A DNA stretch of 64,000 nucleotides, taken from contig CAYVVG010000007.1 in NCBI GenBank assembly GCA_964455285.1, positions 1,751 through 65,750 of the forward strand. Direction: 5' to 3'. Shown one piece after another: positions 1-8,623 of this stretch (within the stretch, counting starts at the first letter, position 1; the number at the start of each line of letters is the position of its first letter). The notes beneath the pieces were generated by a model. The model was not told the DNA's origin, made no database searches, and was given only the letters and a program-made list of their open reading frames with translations. The position numbers and the translations under genes were made by a program. The DNA is from an uncultured Prolixibacteraceae bacterium (GTDB lineage: Bacteria > Bacteroidota > Bacteroidia > Bacteroidales > FEN-979).

Positions 1-584
1 ACTACAACGATGATTTTGCAGAGGTTCACCAGACGATTGTGAAACGGTTATCTAAGAAAAATGATAAGGGGATTGTTTTACTTCATGGAAAAAGTGGGAC
101 AGGTAAAACGTTTTACATCAGGCACTTAATCTCTACGCTAAATAAAAATGTGATTTTCCTACCGCCAAACATGGCTGCGAGCATTACCAACCCAGACTTG
201 ATCTCAATCCTGATTGACAATCCGAACTCAATATTTGTCATTGAGGATGCCGAGAACATCGTTATCGACAGGGAGAAGGAGGGTCATTCACCAGTAACAG
301 CCTTACTCAACATTTCTGATGGATTACTTTCAGATTGCCTCAACATTCAAGTCATTTGTTCATTCAATACCGATCTTTCAAGGATTGATAGTGCTCTGCT
401 AAGGAAGGGTAGGCTAATCGCCAACTATGAGTTCAAAGAGTTAAAACCCGAAAAGGCGCAAATGTTATCACAAAAGCTGGGGTTCTCAGGAAGTATCAGT
501 TCCCCAATGACATTAACGGCAATCTACAATCAGGATGAGAGGGACTTCTCGCAAATGAAAAAACGGAATCCAATTGGGTTTTAA
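1..584 (+). CDS. AAA+ ATPase (classical AAA clade), N-terminus outside window
   Basis: The frame is open from nt 3 (YNDDFAEVHQTIVKRL...), so the GTG at 39 in the ORF track is probably internal. Walker A GKSGTGKT, Walker B IFVIEDAE, and a C-terminal SALLRKGRL arginine motif typical of classical AAA modules. Confidence 0.75.
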   Translation, partial: YNDDFAEVHQTIVKRLSKKNDKGIVLLHGKSGTGKTFYIRHLISTLNKNVIFLPPNMAASITNPDLISILIDNPNSIFVIEDAENIVIDREKEGHSPVTALLNISDGLLSDCLNIQVICSFNTDLSRIDSALLRKGRLIANYEFKELKPEKAQMLSQKLGFSGSISSPMTLTAIYNQDERDFSQMKKRNPIGF

Positions 585-608
585 CCAAATGTCTTTCTGT
601 TTACACAA

Positions 609-1061
609 TCAGTTTTGTAACGCTGGGGGCTCTAATCCAATTTTAAAGAATTGCTTTAGTAACTCACAGTAGAAGTAGCAGATGATCTCTTTGGCTTCCA
701 GATCATGAAGTTTAAAATATGCGATTCCTTTTTTTTTAATGTATTCGAGCATGACCTCTTGTTCAAGGTGACGCTCCACATCTCTTAAATCAGCAGCTCG
801 TTCATATTCCTGTTTTCCTATAGAATCCATTTTCTGCTGACGAATCTCAAGCAACTTTGTGTATTTCGATTTCCCATTATCAGATAAGTAATCCGTCACA
901 ATGGAAGTTTTATCGTAAGGTTCAGAATATATGCGATAACCAAGGTCTTTAATTTCTTTGAAGACTTTGCGGATTTCATCACCCTCGGTGAAATTTTGCT
1001 CATCTGTAACAACTTTTCTGCATAGTTGATTCAGTCTGTCAATGAGTTCATCAACCATCAT
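609..1061 (-). CDS. hypothetical protein with UVR-like motif
   Basis: The ORF track gives 609..1127. I prefer the Met-Met at 1061/1058 (MMVDELIDRL...) because the first 22 codons read like AT-rich leader. QEYERAADLRDVERHLEQE resembles the UvrB/UvrC (UVR) helical-hairpin motif. Confidence 0.5.
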   Translation of the reverse strand: MMVDELIDRLNQLCRKVVTDEQNFTEGDEIRKVFKEIKDLGYRIYSEPYDKTSIVTDYLSDNGKSKYTKLLEIRQQKMDSIGKQEYERAADLRDVERHLEQEVMLEYIKKKGIAYFKLHDLEAKEIICYFYCELLKQFFKIGLEPPALQN

Positions 1062-1148
1062 ATGACAAGTAATTTGGTAAATGGTGGCAAAAAAGAAAGA
1101 GGTTACGAAACAATGTTTCGTAACCAAGGCATATAAACCAATTATCCG

Positions 1149-1400
1149 CTAAAGTGCTGGCTCGTGATGTCCCTTATGTGCACCTTTCGCATGTTTCGGG
1201 CATGTATTAAAGGTTAGGGCTGCAATGGTAGAATGCGTAATACCACAGAATTTACAGGTATATTTAGCCTTTTCGCTACCCTGATAAAGTGAATGTTTTC
1301 CTTTTCCTTGCCCGTTAGGGTGCTTGGGACATGCATTAAAAGTCAGATTTGATACGCTGTTGGATTTTAAACCGCAGTATTCACAATAAACATTAGGCAT
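1149..1400 (-). CDS. small duplicated zinc-ribbon-like protein (2 x CxxCG-x8-LTFNxCPKH)
   Basis: 83 aa with two internal repeats: CEYCG-x8-LTFNACPKHPNGQGKGKH and CKFCG-x8-LTFNTCPKHAKGAHKGHH. The Cys/His spacing suggests two metal sites. Confidence 0.55.
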   Translation of the reverse strand: MPNVYCEYCGLKSNSVSNLTFNACPKHPNGQGKGKHSLYQGSEKAKYTCKFCGITHSTIAALTFNTCPKHAKGAHKGHHEPAL

Positions 1401-1430
1401 GGTCTTAAAATTTAATTTTACCTACTCTGG

Positions 1431-2060
1431 TTAGTTTTCGGTATCCCTATGTTTGATCTCTTGATGATTCTGGATTGTTAACACAACATCGATCCAGATG
1501 TCCTCAACGTCAAGTAAATCCTGATAAGATAAAATACTATGTAGTGTTAAATCATGAAATAGGTAGCAGTGACTAAAACCAGATAGTGGGTGATTCTCAT
1601 GGAATATTTCTCGGTGATCGGTCTTGAAGAGCCAATCCTTATGGTTCTTGCTCTCTCCTTTCGGCTCATCATCTTTTACCTTGTGAAACATGATTGGTTT
1701 ACACTCGAAAAAAGGGTTCCCTTCTAAGTCAGGGATATGGGAGTATTTATTCTCGGCAAAGAAACTAAGTTCAAATTCGATTTCATAATCCATGATAAAT
1801 GGATCAGGCTTCTTCATTAAACTTACTATCTCCTTCTCCAGTAATTCTGCATGCTCATAAGCTGCTTCCCCTTTTTGCGCCAACAATGAATTTAAATCAC
1901 ATAGCTGTTTAATGGCTTCTTCCGTGAATACAAAGTCCTTATTTTTTAACTGTTTCCGTTCCCTTAAAATAACATCTGGACTTTTATCGTGATATCGATG
2001 CAATAGGTTGGCATACCCCAGACGGGCTTGCTTCAAAAACATTTTATCATATTTGCTCAT
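1431..2060 (-). CDS. hypothetical protein, translationally coupled to the upstream DnaA-like gene
   Basis: The ORF track starts at 2135, inside the upstream gene. The internal ATG at 2060 (MSKYDKMF...) lies 1 nt after the upstream stop (2062-2064). No motif recognised. Confidence 0.55.
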   Translation of the reverse strand: MSKYDKMFLKQARLGYANLLHRYHDKSPDVILRERKQLKNKDFVFTEEAIKQLCDLNSLLAQKGEAAYEHAELLEKEIVSLMKKPDPFIMDYEIEFELSFFAENKYSHIPDLEGNPFFECKPIMFHKVKDDEPKGESKNHKDWLFKTDHREIFHENHPLSGFSHCYLFHDLTLHSILSYQDLLDVEDIWIDVVLTIQNHQEIKHRDTEN

Positions 2061-2061
2061 A

Positions 2062-2919
2062 TTATTTAAGTAAGGTGCTATTTGCAATAAGTTTGATGAA
2101 GTGACCTTCAGCTTCCCTAATGTCGTTGTACTCAATGGAAAGTAGTTCCCTTAATATGGAATCGGAAAGTTCCATATTATAACGTTTTGCCTTTTCATTA
2201 AGAATTCTTCCTAAAGTCTGAGAATCCGCCATTCCCAAATTCACTGTCAATCCGTTTGAAATTCTGGATAATAATCGATCATTGATCTGTTTAAGCTCTG
2301 ATGGTAAAATCGAGGCAGAGAAGACTAATTGGCGTTCTCTGCTCAGTAGGAGATCAATAGCTTGTATTAAAACGTCTTGAGTTTTCTCTTTACCAGCCAA
2401 ACAATGAATGTCATCAATCAGCAATATGTCCTGTTCTGACAGATATTCTATGAATTCCGAGAAAAGATTATTTTTTACTGAATTAACCATCATTTCACAG
2501 AAATGCTCTGATGGCAAGTATAGAACGGCTGCTTCATGATTATTACTTTTCACTTTATTTACAATAGCATGCATCAAATGAGTTTTCCCCGACCCAACTG
2601 AACCAAATATGAACAAAGGGTTATAAATATTAGGATGTGACCCCTCGGCAATGGAAATAGCATGTGAACGTGCAAGTTTATTGCAATTACCCTCAATGAA
2701 ATTCTCAAATACATAGTCTGAACAGATTACATTTTTTTCAAGCAAGTACATCTGACTGCGGAGAGGGCAAATTAACCTTGATAGCTGATTGAGACTATTG
2801 TCAATATACTTTAGTGCTGGTGCTTCTTGTTTGCAATAATTTAGAAGGTCGGTTATTCGATCACTGCATTGAAGTAACTTTATCTGTAGTCTTTCTAAAT
2901 CCATAGTTTTTTTGTTCAT
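2062..2919 (-). CDS. DnaA/Hda-like AAA+ ATPase (DnaA domain III only, no DNA-binding domain IV)
   Basis: YVFENFIEGNCNKLARSHAISIAEG..YNPLFIFGSVGSGKTHLMHAI (DnaA-type Walker A context). LLIDDIHCLAGKEKTQDVLIQAIDLLLSRERQLVFSAS (Walker B/sensor 1, as in DnaA LLIDDIQFL.GKE.TQEE). The protein ends right after the AAA lid. Confidence 0.75.
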   Translation of the reverse strand: MNKKTMDLERLQIKLLQCSDRITDLLNYCKQEAPALKYIDNSLNQLSRLICPLRSQMYLLEKNVICSDYVFENFIEGNCNKLARSHAISIAEGSHPNIYNPLFIFGSVGSGKTHLMHAIVNKVKSNNHEAAVLYLPSEHFCEMMVNSVKNNLFSEFIEYLSEQDILLIDDIHCLAGKEKTQDVLIQAIDLLLSRERQLVFSASILPSELKQINDRLLSRISNGLTVNLGMADSQTLGRILNEKAKRYNMELSDSILRELLSIEYNDIREAEGHFIKLIANSTLLK

Positions 2920-3158
2920 ACCTCAGTTTGGAATTATTGGTTTTCTCAACAAGTTGAAAAACCGTTCAGGATATAATTAATTACCAGAGTTCGCTTTGCC
3001 TTGAGCATTATTGTCACTTACACAATGCTAAAGTAAACCATCACTGCGCCAATAGGTGACGTTGTAAGAAACCAATGCTTTTTTATTTTTCAACTCTACA
3101 ATGGAGCGATCAGACATTACAGACTATAGCAGATATTTTGTATTCATTTGAAATCCCG

Positions 3159-3166
3159 TACCTTTG
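3159..3166 (+). promoter_or_regulatory. candidate Bacteroidota -7 promoter box (TAnnTTTG)
   Basis: TACCTTTG lies 24 nt upstream of the ATG at 3191. The motif is short (about 30 chance hits expected in 64 kb), so only its position supports it. Confidence 0.3.
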
Positions 3167-3190
3167 CAACCTAAACCCAATTCAAAAAAG

Positions 3191-3940
3191 ATGAGATCGA
3201 TAAAATTTACAGATCAGGAATTAGATTCAATGATCGAAATGTATACGGCTGAGATGGAAGAAGCTCAACTGTATATCGCAAAGATTCAAGAACTTCTTAA
3301 GAAACTTGGTGCAAAACCAGAAAAAGCTGAGATTGTAGAAAAAGAGCCAAAGGTCGCCAAGAAGAGAGGTCGCAAGCCATCTGTAAAAGTTGTTGAAAAA
3401 GCCGAACCCAAGAAACGTGGCAGAAAACCTAAGGTAGTTGTACCCACACCTGAAGTAATTCTTCCTGTTAAACCTGTGAAGAAAGAAAAGAAGGTTGTCA
3501 AGACTATACCCACGGTTAAAGCTCCAGTTGAAAAGCCCAAAAAGGTTAAAGAACCTAAAAAGTTAGAACCTAAACCTTTACCCACAAAGCCAGCTCCAAT
3601 TGCCGCAAAGGCGAAGAAGGAAGTGGTGAAACCTGAACCTAAGCCCCAAAAAGTGAAGGTTGAGAAGAAACCTGTTGTGAAACCAGCTCCTAAAAAGAAG
3701 CCCGAACCCAAGGTTGCTGAACAGGTGAAGGCAGTCGTTGATTCCCTGCTCACATCTCCAAAGAAGGAAGCGGTGAAAAAAGTGGCGAAGAAAAAAGTGG
3801 TACGGAAAACAAAACCTAAGGGCGTGACGCTGGTTAAGCTGAGTAAGCCATTACCCAAAAAGGAGCCTGTAGTAGAGCCTATTACTGAGCCCGTTGGTGA
3901 ACCGACTGTGGTTCCGACTGGAGAACAGCCTAAGGAATAA
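3191..3940 (+). CDS. Lys/Pro-rich histone H1-like protein with two AT-hook-like KKRGRKP motifs
   Basis: I chose the ATG at 3191 (MRSIKFTDQELD...) over the TTG at 3164 given in the track. A helical N-terminus is followed by about 200 aa of K/P/V/E low complexity, with AKKRGRKPSVK and PKKRGRKPKVV. A hairpin terminator follows. Confidence 0.7.
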   Translation: MRSIKFTDQELDSMIEMYTAEMEEAQLYIAKIQELLKKLGAKPEKAEIVEKEPKVAKKRGRKPSVKVVEKAEPKKRGRKPKVVVPTPEVILPVKPVKKEKKVVKTIPTVKAPVEKPKKVKEPKKLEPKPLPTKPAPIAAKAKKEVVKPEPKPQKVKVEKKPVVKPAPKKKPEPKVAEQVKAVVDSLLTSPKKEAVKKVAKKKVVRKTKPKGVTLVKLSKPLPKKEPVVEPITEPVGEPTVVPTGEQPKE

Positions 3941-3960
3941 TCGGATCATGTGATCTTGAG

Positions 3961-3992
3961 AAAGCCTACCAGTTTGGTGGGCTTTTCTTATT
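3961..3992 (+). terminator. rho-independent terminator after the AT-hook gene
   Basis: Stem AAAGCCTACC / GGTGGGCTTT with one G-U pair, a 5-nt loop, then a T-rich tail TTTTCTTATT. Confidence 0.6.
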
Positions 3993-4268
3993 AAAGCGCA
4001 TAAACACCCCTCTATTCGTATTTGAATGTGGGATATAATATTGGATGTCTGTCGAATATATTGGTTTTCATGAAGAATTACTTTCCCTTAAACAACGATT
4101 TTCGACCTGTTTCAGGCGAATTGACCAAAAAAACAGCGGAAGTTGTTCGGAATCAAGATATACTACTGTAGCAACCTTGGTAGGTCGGGAAGCTGGTAAA
4201 TTGAAACAGTCTTTGACCCCAAACAAAAACTGTCTTGCTCTATATATTCAAATCTTACTAATCTCGTG

Positions 4269-5489
4269 CTATAAAGAAGTGTACAGGGCTAAGTTTTCGG
4301 TGTTCTTCTTTGAAGCGTATCTTCTTAACATCACGTTCATATCACTCCAGCCACCTACCTCTGAGACGGTTTGAGGACCCAACACAGGAAGGAAGATCGT
4401 AGCAAAGGTCTTCCTTCCACTGTGAAAGGTGAGTAACTTGTACTTAGGTTCATAACTATGCTTGGGTGTATTGCCTGTAATCTTCCAGTGCTGCGTGATC
4501 TCCACCCATGTCTCAGGCATTTCATCTTTGATCTTATCAAACACCGTAGCAAGGTTATCCCGTATTTTCTGTTCACTGAGGTTATTATCAAAGGTCAACC
4601 TATCAATGATCTTTAGGGCTGACTTACTAAGTGGGTAGGTGAGCATCTTATCATCTTTCTTACGGATAGTTGTACGTATCCAAGTCTGACCATTTTTAGG
4701 GTACAAATTAGCACGATCTTGTGCGAATTTACGAGCATCGTTAATACGTAACCCTGTATTACATGCCAGTAGGAAGAGGTTAATGGCGTACTGTTGATTA
4801 ACGCTGAACCCACTGAAGTCATAGTTCATCAGTGCATCATATTCAGCCCGTTCTAAACTGAAAAGGTTAACATCGTTAGTATAACCACCCAGCTCAATTT
4901 TAAACTTTCGCCAATCCCCTTCTACATCATTATCATCCAGAAATTTCTTGAAAGTCCTGAATCTTTTAAGGATGGTAGGGTTTGCAAGGTTCTTACCCAG
5001 CCAATATTGTTTAAGTTTTTCCATTTCCACCCTACTCACCTTCTCCATTGGGTAATTTTTACCCAGTACATCTTTCAAATCGTTAAAAATGGTTGTAAAC
5101 AGCTTTTCTGAACCCTTACGAATAGTTTTCTTTTCGTACCATACTGTGAACGCTTGGATAAGAGATTTTTCAACCTCAACCTTCTTTTCACCCTCATACA
5201 TTATTTTAAGGTCTTTAGGCTTTGGGTAGTTGTTACCCAGCCCGTTTTCCTTCCAATAACCTTGTACGAGATCGTGTACTTTATCGTAAACGAGCTTGAT
5301 CTTGTTTAATTTCTCACCGTTTGGGTCTTGCCAGAGTTTGACCCTGTTGGATTCGTTTACAAAATCATCTTTAAAGGTGTGAACACCAGTGCCAAATTCG
5401 ATACGGGTGCTGGCGTGGTTGTACACAACCTGAATTTCCTGTTGTCCAGCCTTGTTTGTGGTGGTTCTTAATCGATATTGAAGTTTCAT
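4269..5489 (-). CDS. tyrosine recombinase/integrase (Bacteroidota phage-integrase family with N-terminal arm-binding domain)
   Basis: The N-terminus MKLQYRLRTTTNKAGQQEIQVVY.. resembles the arm-type DNA-binding domain of Bacteroides integrases. Catalytic motifs: ACNTGLRINDARKF (Arg), HSGRKTFAT (His-x-x-Arg), GGWSDMNVMLRRYASK (Tyr). Confidence 0.9.
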   Translation of the reverse strand: MKLQYRLRTTTNKAGQQEIQVVYNHASTRIEFGTGVHTFKDDFVNESNRVKLWQDPNGEKLNKIKLVYDKVHDLVQGYWKENGLGNNYPKPKDLKIMYEGEKKVEVEKSLIQAFTVWYEKKTIRKGSEKLFTTIFNDLKDVLGKNYPMEKVSRVEMEKLKQYWLGKNLANPTILKRFRTFKKFLDDNDVEGDWRKFKIELGGYTNDVNLFSLERAEYDALMNYDFSGFSVNQQYAINLFLLACNTGLRINDARKFAQDRANLYPKNGQTWIRTTIRKKDDKMLTYPLSKSALKIIDRLTFDNNLSEQKIRDNLATVFDKIKDEMPETWVEITQHWKITGNTPKHSYEPKYKLLTFHSGRKTFATIFLPVLGPQTVSEVGGWSDMNVMLRRYASKKNTENLALYTSL

Positions 5490-5520
5490 AGGTCAAATTT
5501 TTTAAGGGTTAATACTTTGT

Positions 5521-5658
5521 TTACTGCTCGTTAGCTATTCGCTTGAAGAAAATTCTTAACCCATCACCGTACCCTTTAATTTCATCATATGTTGCAACAT
5601 CACCAACCTTATAAGGCTGGGAGGATGTATGTTCTTTATTAAATATGTAGTGCTTCAT
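5521..5658 (-). CDS. possible 45-aa ORF directly upstream of the integrase
   Basis: Hand translation: MKHYIFNKEHTSSQPYKVGDVATYDEIKGYGDGLRIFFKRIANEQ*. It ends 31 nt before the integrase start. It is below the ORF-track size cut-off and has no motif. Confidence 0.25.
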   Translation of the reverse strand: MKHYIFNKEHTSSQPYKVGDVATYDEIKGYGDGLRIFFKRIANEQ

Positions 5659-5958
5659 AGGGTTCGAAGATTACTTGGGTTCGCACTGCAAGTATACAAC
5701 CATTTTGCTCAGAAAAAAAACTCTTGACCATAATTTTACCACATTATTTTCAAAATCGACATAAATACCAGTATTATCAATCATTGTAAAAATATTCCTT
5801 TTTTTAACAATCTGATATACATTTTGTTATAATTTTTTTTGTTCGAACATATTATATATATTTAGATTATTGCATTAATATGATATACAGTATCTTTAAG
5901 TGATTTGATGGTTGGTGTGTGGGTAGGGTGCGAAGACAGTACGTCCCACATGAAAATC

Positions 5959-5996
5959 AGCCACTTGCAGGAGTTTTTGTGAGTGGCTTTTTGTTT
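5959..5996 (+). terminator. hairpin plus T-run near the island/chromosome junction (orphan terminator-like)
   Basis: AGCCACT (5959-5965) pairs with AGTGGCT (5982-5988), with a 16-nt loop, followed by TTTTGTTT. No obvious upstream gene on this strand. Confidence 0.3.
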
Positions 5997-6190
5997 GGGT
6001 ACACACCGAAGTACACACCAACTGTTTTTTCTAAACTTGCTTGTTATCTAACCAGGATCCCAACTTGAAAAACTCAACAATTACGCAAAATTTCTTACCC
6101 TATACTGACGATATCAAACGCTAGGCAAACTCACGCGGTTCATTTTATATTGCTTTGCGCAAAGTTTTTCCGTTGTTCGTGAGTAATCTG

Positions 6191-8617
6191 TTATTGTTTC
6201 ACTAGCTTGCGCAAGGCAATCTTTCCCTCCCGGGCCACCAAAACCAGGTAGATCCCTGGCCGCTGACCAGACATGGAGAGCTTATGCAATTTCCCGGGCC
6301 CCAGGCGTTGCTGCATCTCGATGACTCCCGCCAGGTTGTAAACAGTGACCAGACAGGAAGAGGTTTCCGCACCATCGGTGAACTCCAAAAAGAAATGACT
6401 CATCGCAGGATTGGGATACAGGGTAAAAGTGTTCTCCAGTAAAGGAGGAATAAGGTTTCCGGGTATGCCTGTAGTATCGGGAAGGGGATCCTTTTGTCCA
6501 CAATATTGCCCCGATGTGGTGATTTTACCGTTCAGATAACCCCCGGATTCAACATATGTTCCCGGAAGCAGGCGGATCTTCTGTCCTGCAATAATCGTGG
6601 CACTGCCGCTTTCCAATATGTTGAACGTGGCGCCATTGCCGGCAACCGTCACGATTTGCAAGGCATTGTGGCACTCCGACTGTCCGGCTCCTATGATTCC
6701 TGTAAGTGAGAGTTCTGAAGGGAGGGAAAAGAGTTGTATAGATCCATTCATCGTGGCCCAGAGGATGTTTTGCGAAAGAACATTCCCCAGTACTCCACCG
6801 GATAGCTGAAGAGGGACCGGCGATTGGCCAACGGGCGCGTGGATGGTGAATTTAAGTAAAATCACTGCACCGGTATCTCCGGAAATGGGCGCCTGGCCGG
6901 GCGAATAAGCGAGACAACGGATCTGTGTTCCGGAAAGACATTCGGCCTGTAACAGGTGATCCGGACATCGCGCAGTCAGCGAAGCCGAATTCGGGATATA
7001 ACTCATGCAAGAGGGGATCCCGAGGTCAAACTGAAATCCGATGACCGGCTCCAGGTTGTTGATTTTTATGGGAACAATGACGGTATCCACATACCGGGCC
7101 ATCAATTCGGGTATCAGGATACAATTCGGAACATAGGAAACGGCGTCGATCCCGACAAGGTAAGGGTATTCATCAGGGTCGTTCGAAAAGATCCTCATCG
7201 TTCCATGCACCTGACCACGGACAGCCCGGTGGAAGCCGATCACCACGTTGCCTTCCATCGAAGGCAGAAGGGTTATCGGCAATGGGGTCATCAGAAAGAA
7301 TGACGGATCATTGATCGTGATCTGGTCAATTTTCAGCGTATCAGAACCGACATTCCGGATTTGGTATGTCAGGGAAGCACTATCGGTAACCGACACATTT
7401 CCGAAATCAACCGTGGCATCTCCTGTAATGTCAGGCGCAGCAAGGATCAGATTCCCGTTGTAGAAATCCGAGAGAGCGTTATGTCCCAGGGAATCTCCCA
7501 GGATGACGTTTTCCAGTGTCAATGGGTAATAGCCGCCTGTTCCCTGGACATCGAAGGAAAGATTTACAATGTTCCCGGTATTTCCGGTAAAATTGCTCAT
7601 GCCGGGCGAATGGGCCACTACCCGCAACCGGTTCTCCGCGACCAGGCTGGCTGAAATCACATGATCGGTTTTCCGCACTGTCAGCACGGCCGATTGAGAG
7701 AGGTAGGTCAACGGAGCAGGGAGGATAAGGTCGAACTGGAATCCTGTCAGGGGTTCCATGTTGTTGACTGAAAAGGTCAGGGAGGCCCGGCTGCCGGAAT
7801 GGCAAAAAACTTCGCCCGTATGAAGCTCATTTACAGCGTATGCCCGGGCATGGAGCGCGATCTCCCGGGTGCCTTCGTCGGGATCGTTGCAGGTGATGGT
7901 AAGCGGGATATCAGATGTCCCCTTTTCCTGCGAGTTAAACCGGATCCAGATATCCTGGCTTTGTCCGGCCGGTATGGAAAACATGGCAGGCCCGGTCAGA
8001 GAAAACCAAGGAGAAGGAATGGCTATACTGAGGATCTGAAGCGGCTGGTTACCGGTATTAGAAAGGGACAACATTCGGTCAGTATAGCCGCCCAGTGGGG
8101 TACGATCAAAATTGATCAGGGTATCGGGGATGAAAAGATCGGGAGCCAGGAGTGTGACCATTCCACCGGTGAAACCGGTGAGGATGTTCGCGGCGGTTGC
8201 ATCTCCGATCATAGGCGAAAGCAGTGAAAGCGGATAATTCCCCGGCACCATGCCCGACTTCAGCTGGAAAGTCAGGATGGTTCCGGTAGTGTCGTTGAAT
8301 GGAACATTGTTCTGTGAATATCCGGCTATTCGAAGAATATTCCCCGACAGAAGGTTTGCCACAAGCTGATGTCCGTTCGACCGGGAAGCATCAAGCAGTG
8401 CGGTTCCCTGGATAAAGGTGAACCCGGGTGGAACGGTCAGATCGAATTGGAATGCGGTAAAAGGATCGCTGTTCCGGATCTCCACACTGACGGTGAATCC
8501 CTGGCCGGGGCCGGTCGAAGGACTGCTGACATGCAGGGTATTGGCGCCGTTTACGGCCGTCCAACCCGCCAGTACCAGGATCAGCCCGCCTGTCAATTGG
8601 AAAATCAGAGATTTCAT
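6191..8617 (-). CDS. T9SS-secreted protein with three cohesin-like modules
   Basis: Signal peptide MKSLIFQLTGGLILVLAGWTAVNG. Three modules share the signature ..PFTAFQFDLTVPPGF.., ..LTGFQFDLILPAPL.., ..VIGFQFDLGIPSCM... Choice-of-anchor-D-like stretches lie between them. C-terminal T9SS sorting domain FTLYPNPAMSHFFLEF...GIYLVLVAREGKIALRKLVKQ (TIGR04183-type). Confidence 0.85.
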   Translation of the reverse strand: MKSLIFQLTGGLILVLAGWTAVNGANTLHVSSPSTGPGQGFTVSVEIRNSDPFTAFQFDLTVPPGFTFIQGTALLDASRSNGHQLVANLLSGNILRIAGYSQNNVPFNDTTGTILTFQLKSGMVPGNYPLSLLSPMIGDATAANILTGFTGGMVTLLAPDLFIPDTLINFDRTPLGGYTDRMLSLSNTGNQPLQILSIAIPSPWFSLTGPAMFSIPAGQSQDIWIRFNSQEKGTSDIPLTITCNDPDEGTREIALHARAYAVNELHTGEVFCHSGSRASLTFSVNNMEPLTGFQFDLILPAPLTYLSQSAVLTVRKTDHVISASLVAENRLRVVAHSPGMSNFTGNTGNIVNLSFDVQGTGGYYPLTLENVILGDSLGHNALSDFYNGNLILAAPDITGDATVDFGNVSVTDSASLTYQIRNVGSDTLKIDQITINDPSFFLMTPLPITLLPSMEGNVVIGFHRAVRGQVHGTMRIFSNDPDEYPYLVGIDAVSYVPNCILIPELMARYVDTVIVPIKINNLEPVIGFQFDLGIPSCMSYIPNSASLTARCPDHLLQAECLSGTQIRCLAYSPGQAPISGDTGAVILLKFTIHAPVGQSPVPLQLSGGVLGNVLSQNILWATMNGSIQLFSLPSELSLTGIIGAGQSECHNALQIVTVAGNGATFNILESGSATIIAGQKIRLLPGTYVESGGYLNGKITTSGQYCGQKDPLPDTTGIPGNLIPPLLENTFTLYPNPAMSHFFLEFTDGAETSSCLVTVYNLAGVIEMQQRLGPGKLHKLSMSGQRPGIYLVLVAREGKIALRKLVKQ

Positions 8618-8623
8618 AAGCGG

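Larger units (their letters stand above)
1..6190. mobile_element. right end of a low-GC integrated genetic element (left end outside window)
   Basis: There is a sharp composition change at about 6190 (roughly 38 % versus 60 % GC by hand counts). The integrase sits near the edge and the cargo is orphan genes. No tRNA was found at the junction, so the exact boundary is undetermined. Confidence 0.6.

Noticed and set aside
3286-3858. 190-aa ORF antisense to the Lys-rich AT-hook gene, and 4045..4374 overlapping the integrase 3' end
   Set aside because: The first is a mirror-image low-complexity translation (GFTTSFF...). The second has no motif and overlaps a confidently called integrase.
5490-6190. 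Search for a tRNA/tmRNA gene as the integration target next to the integrase
   Set aside because: No cloverleaf-compatible sequence or T-loop motif (GTTCGAATC-like) was found by eye on either strand. A computational tRNA scan would be the decisive check.
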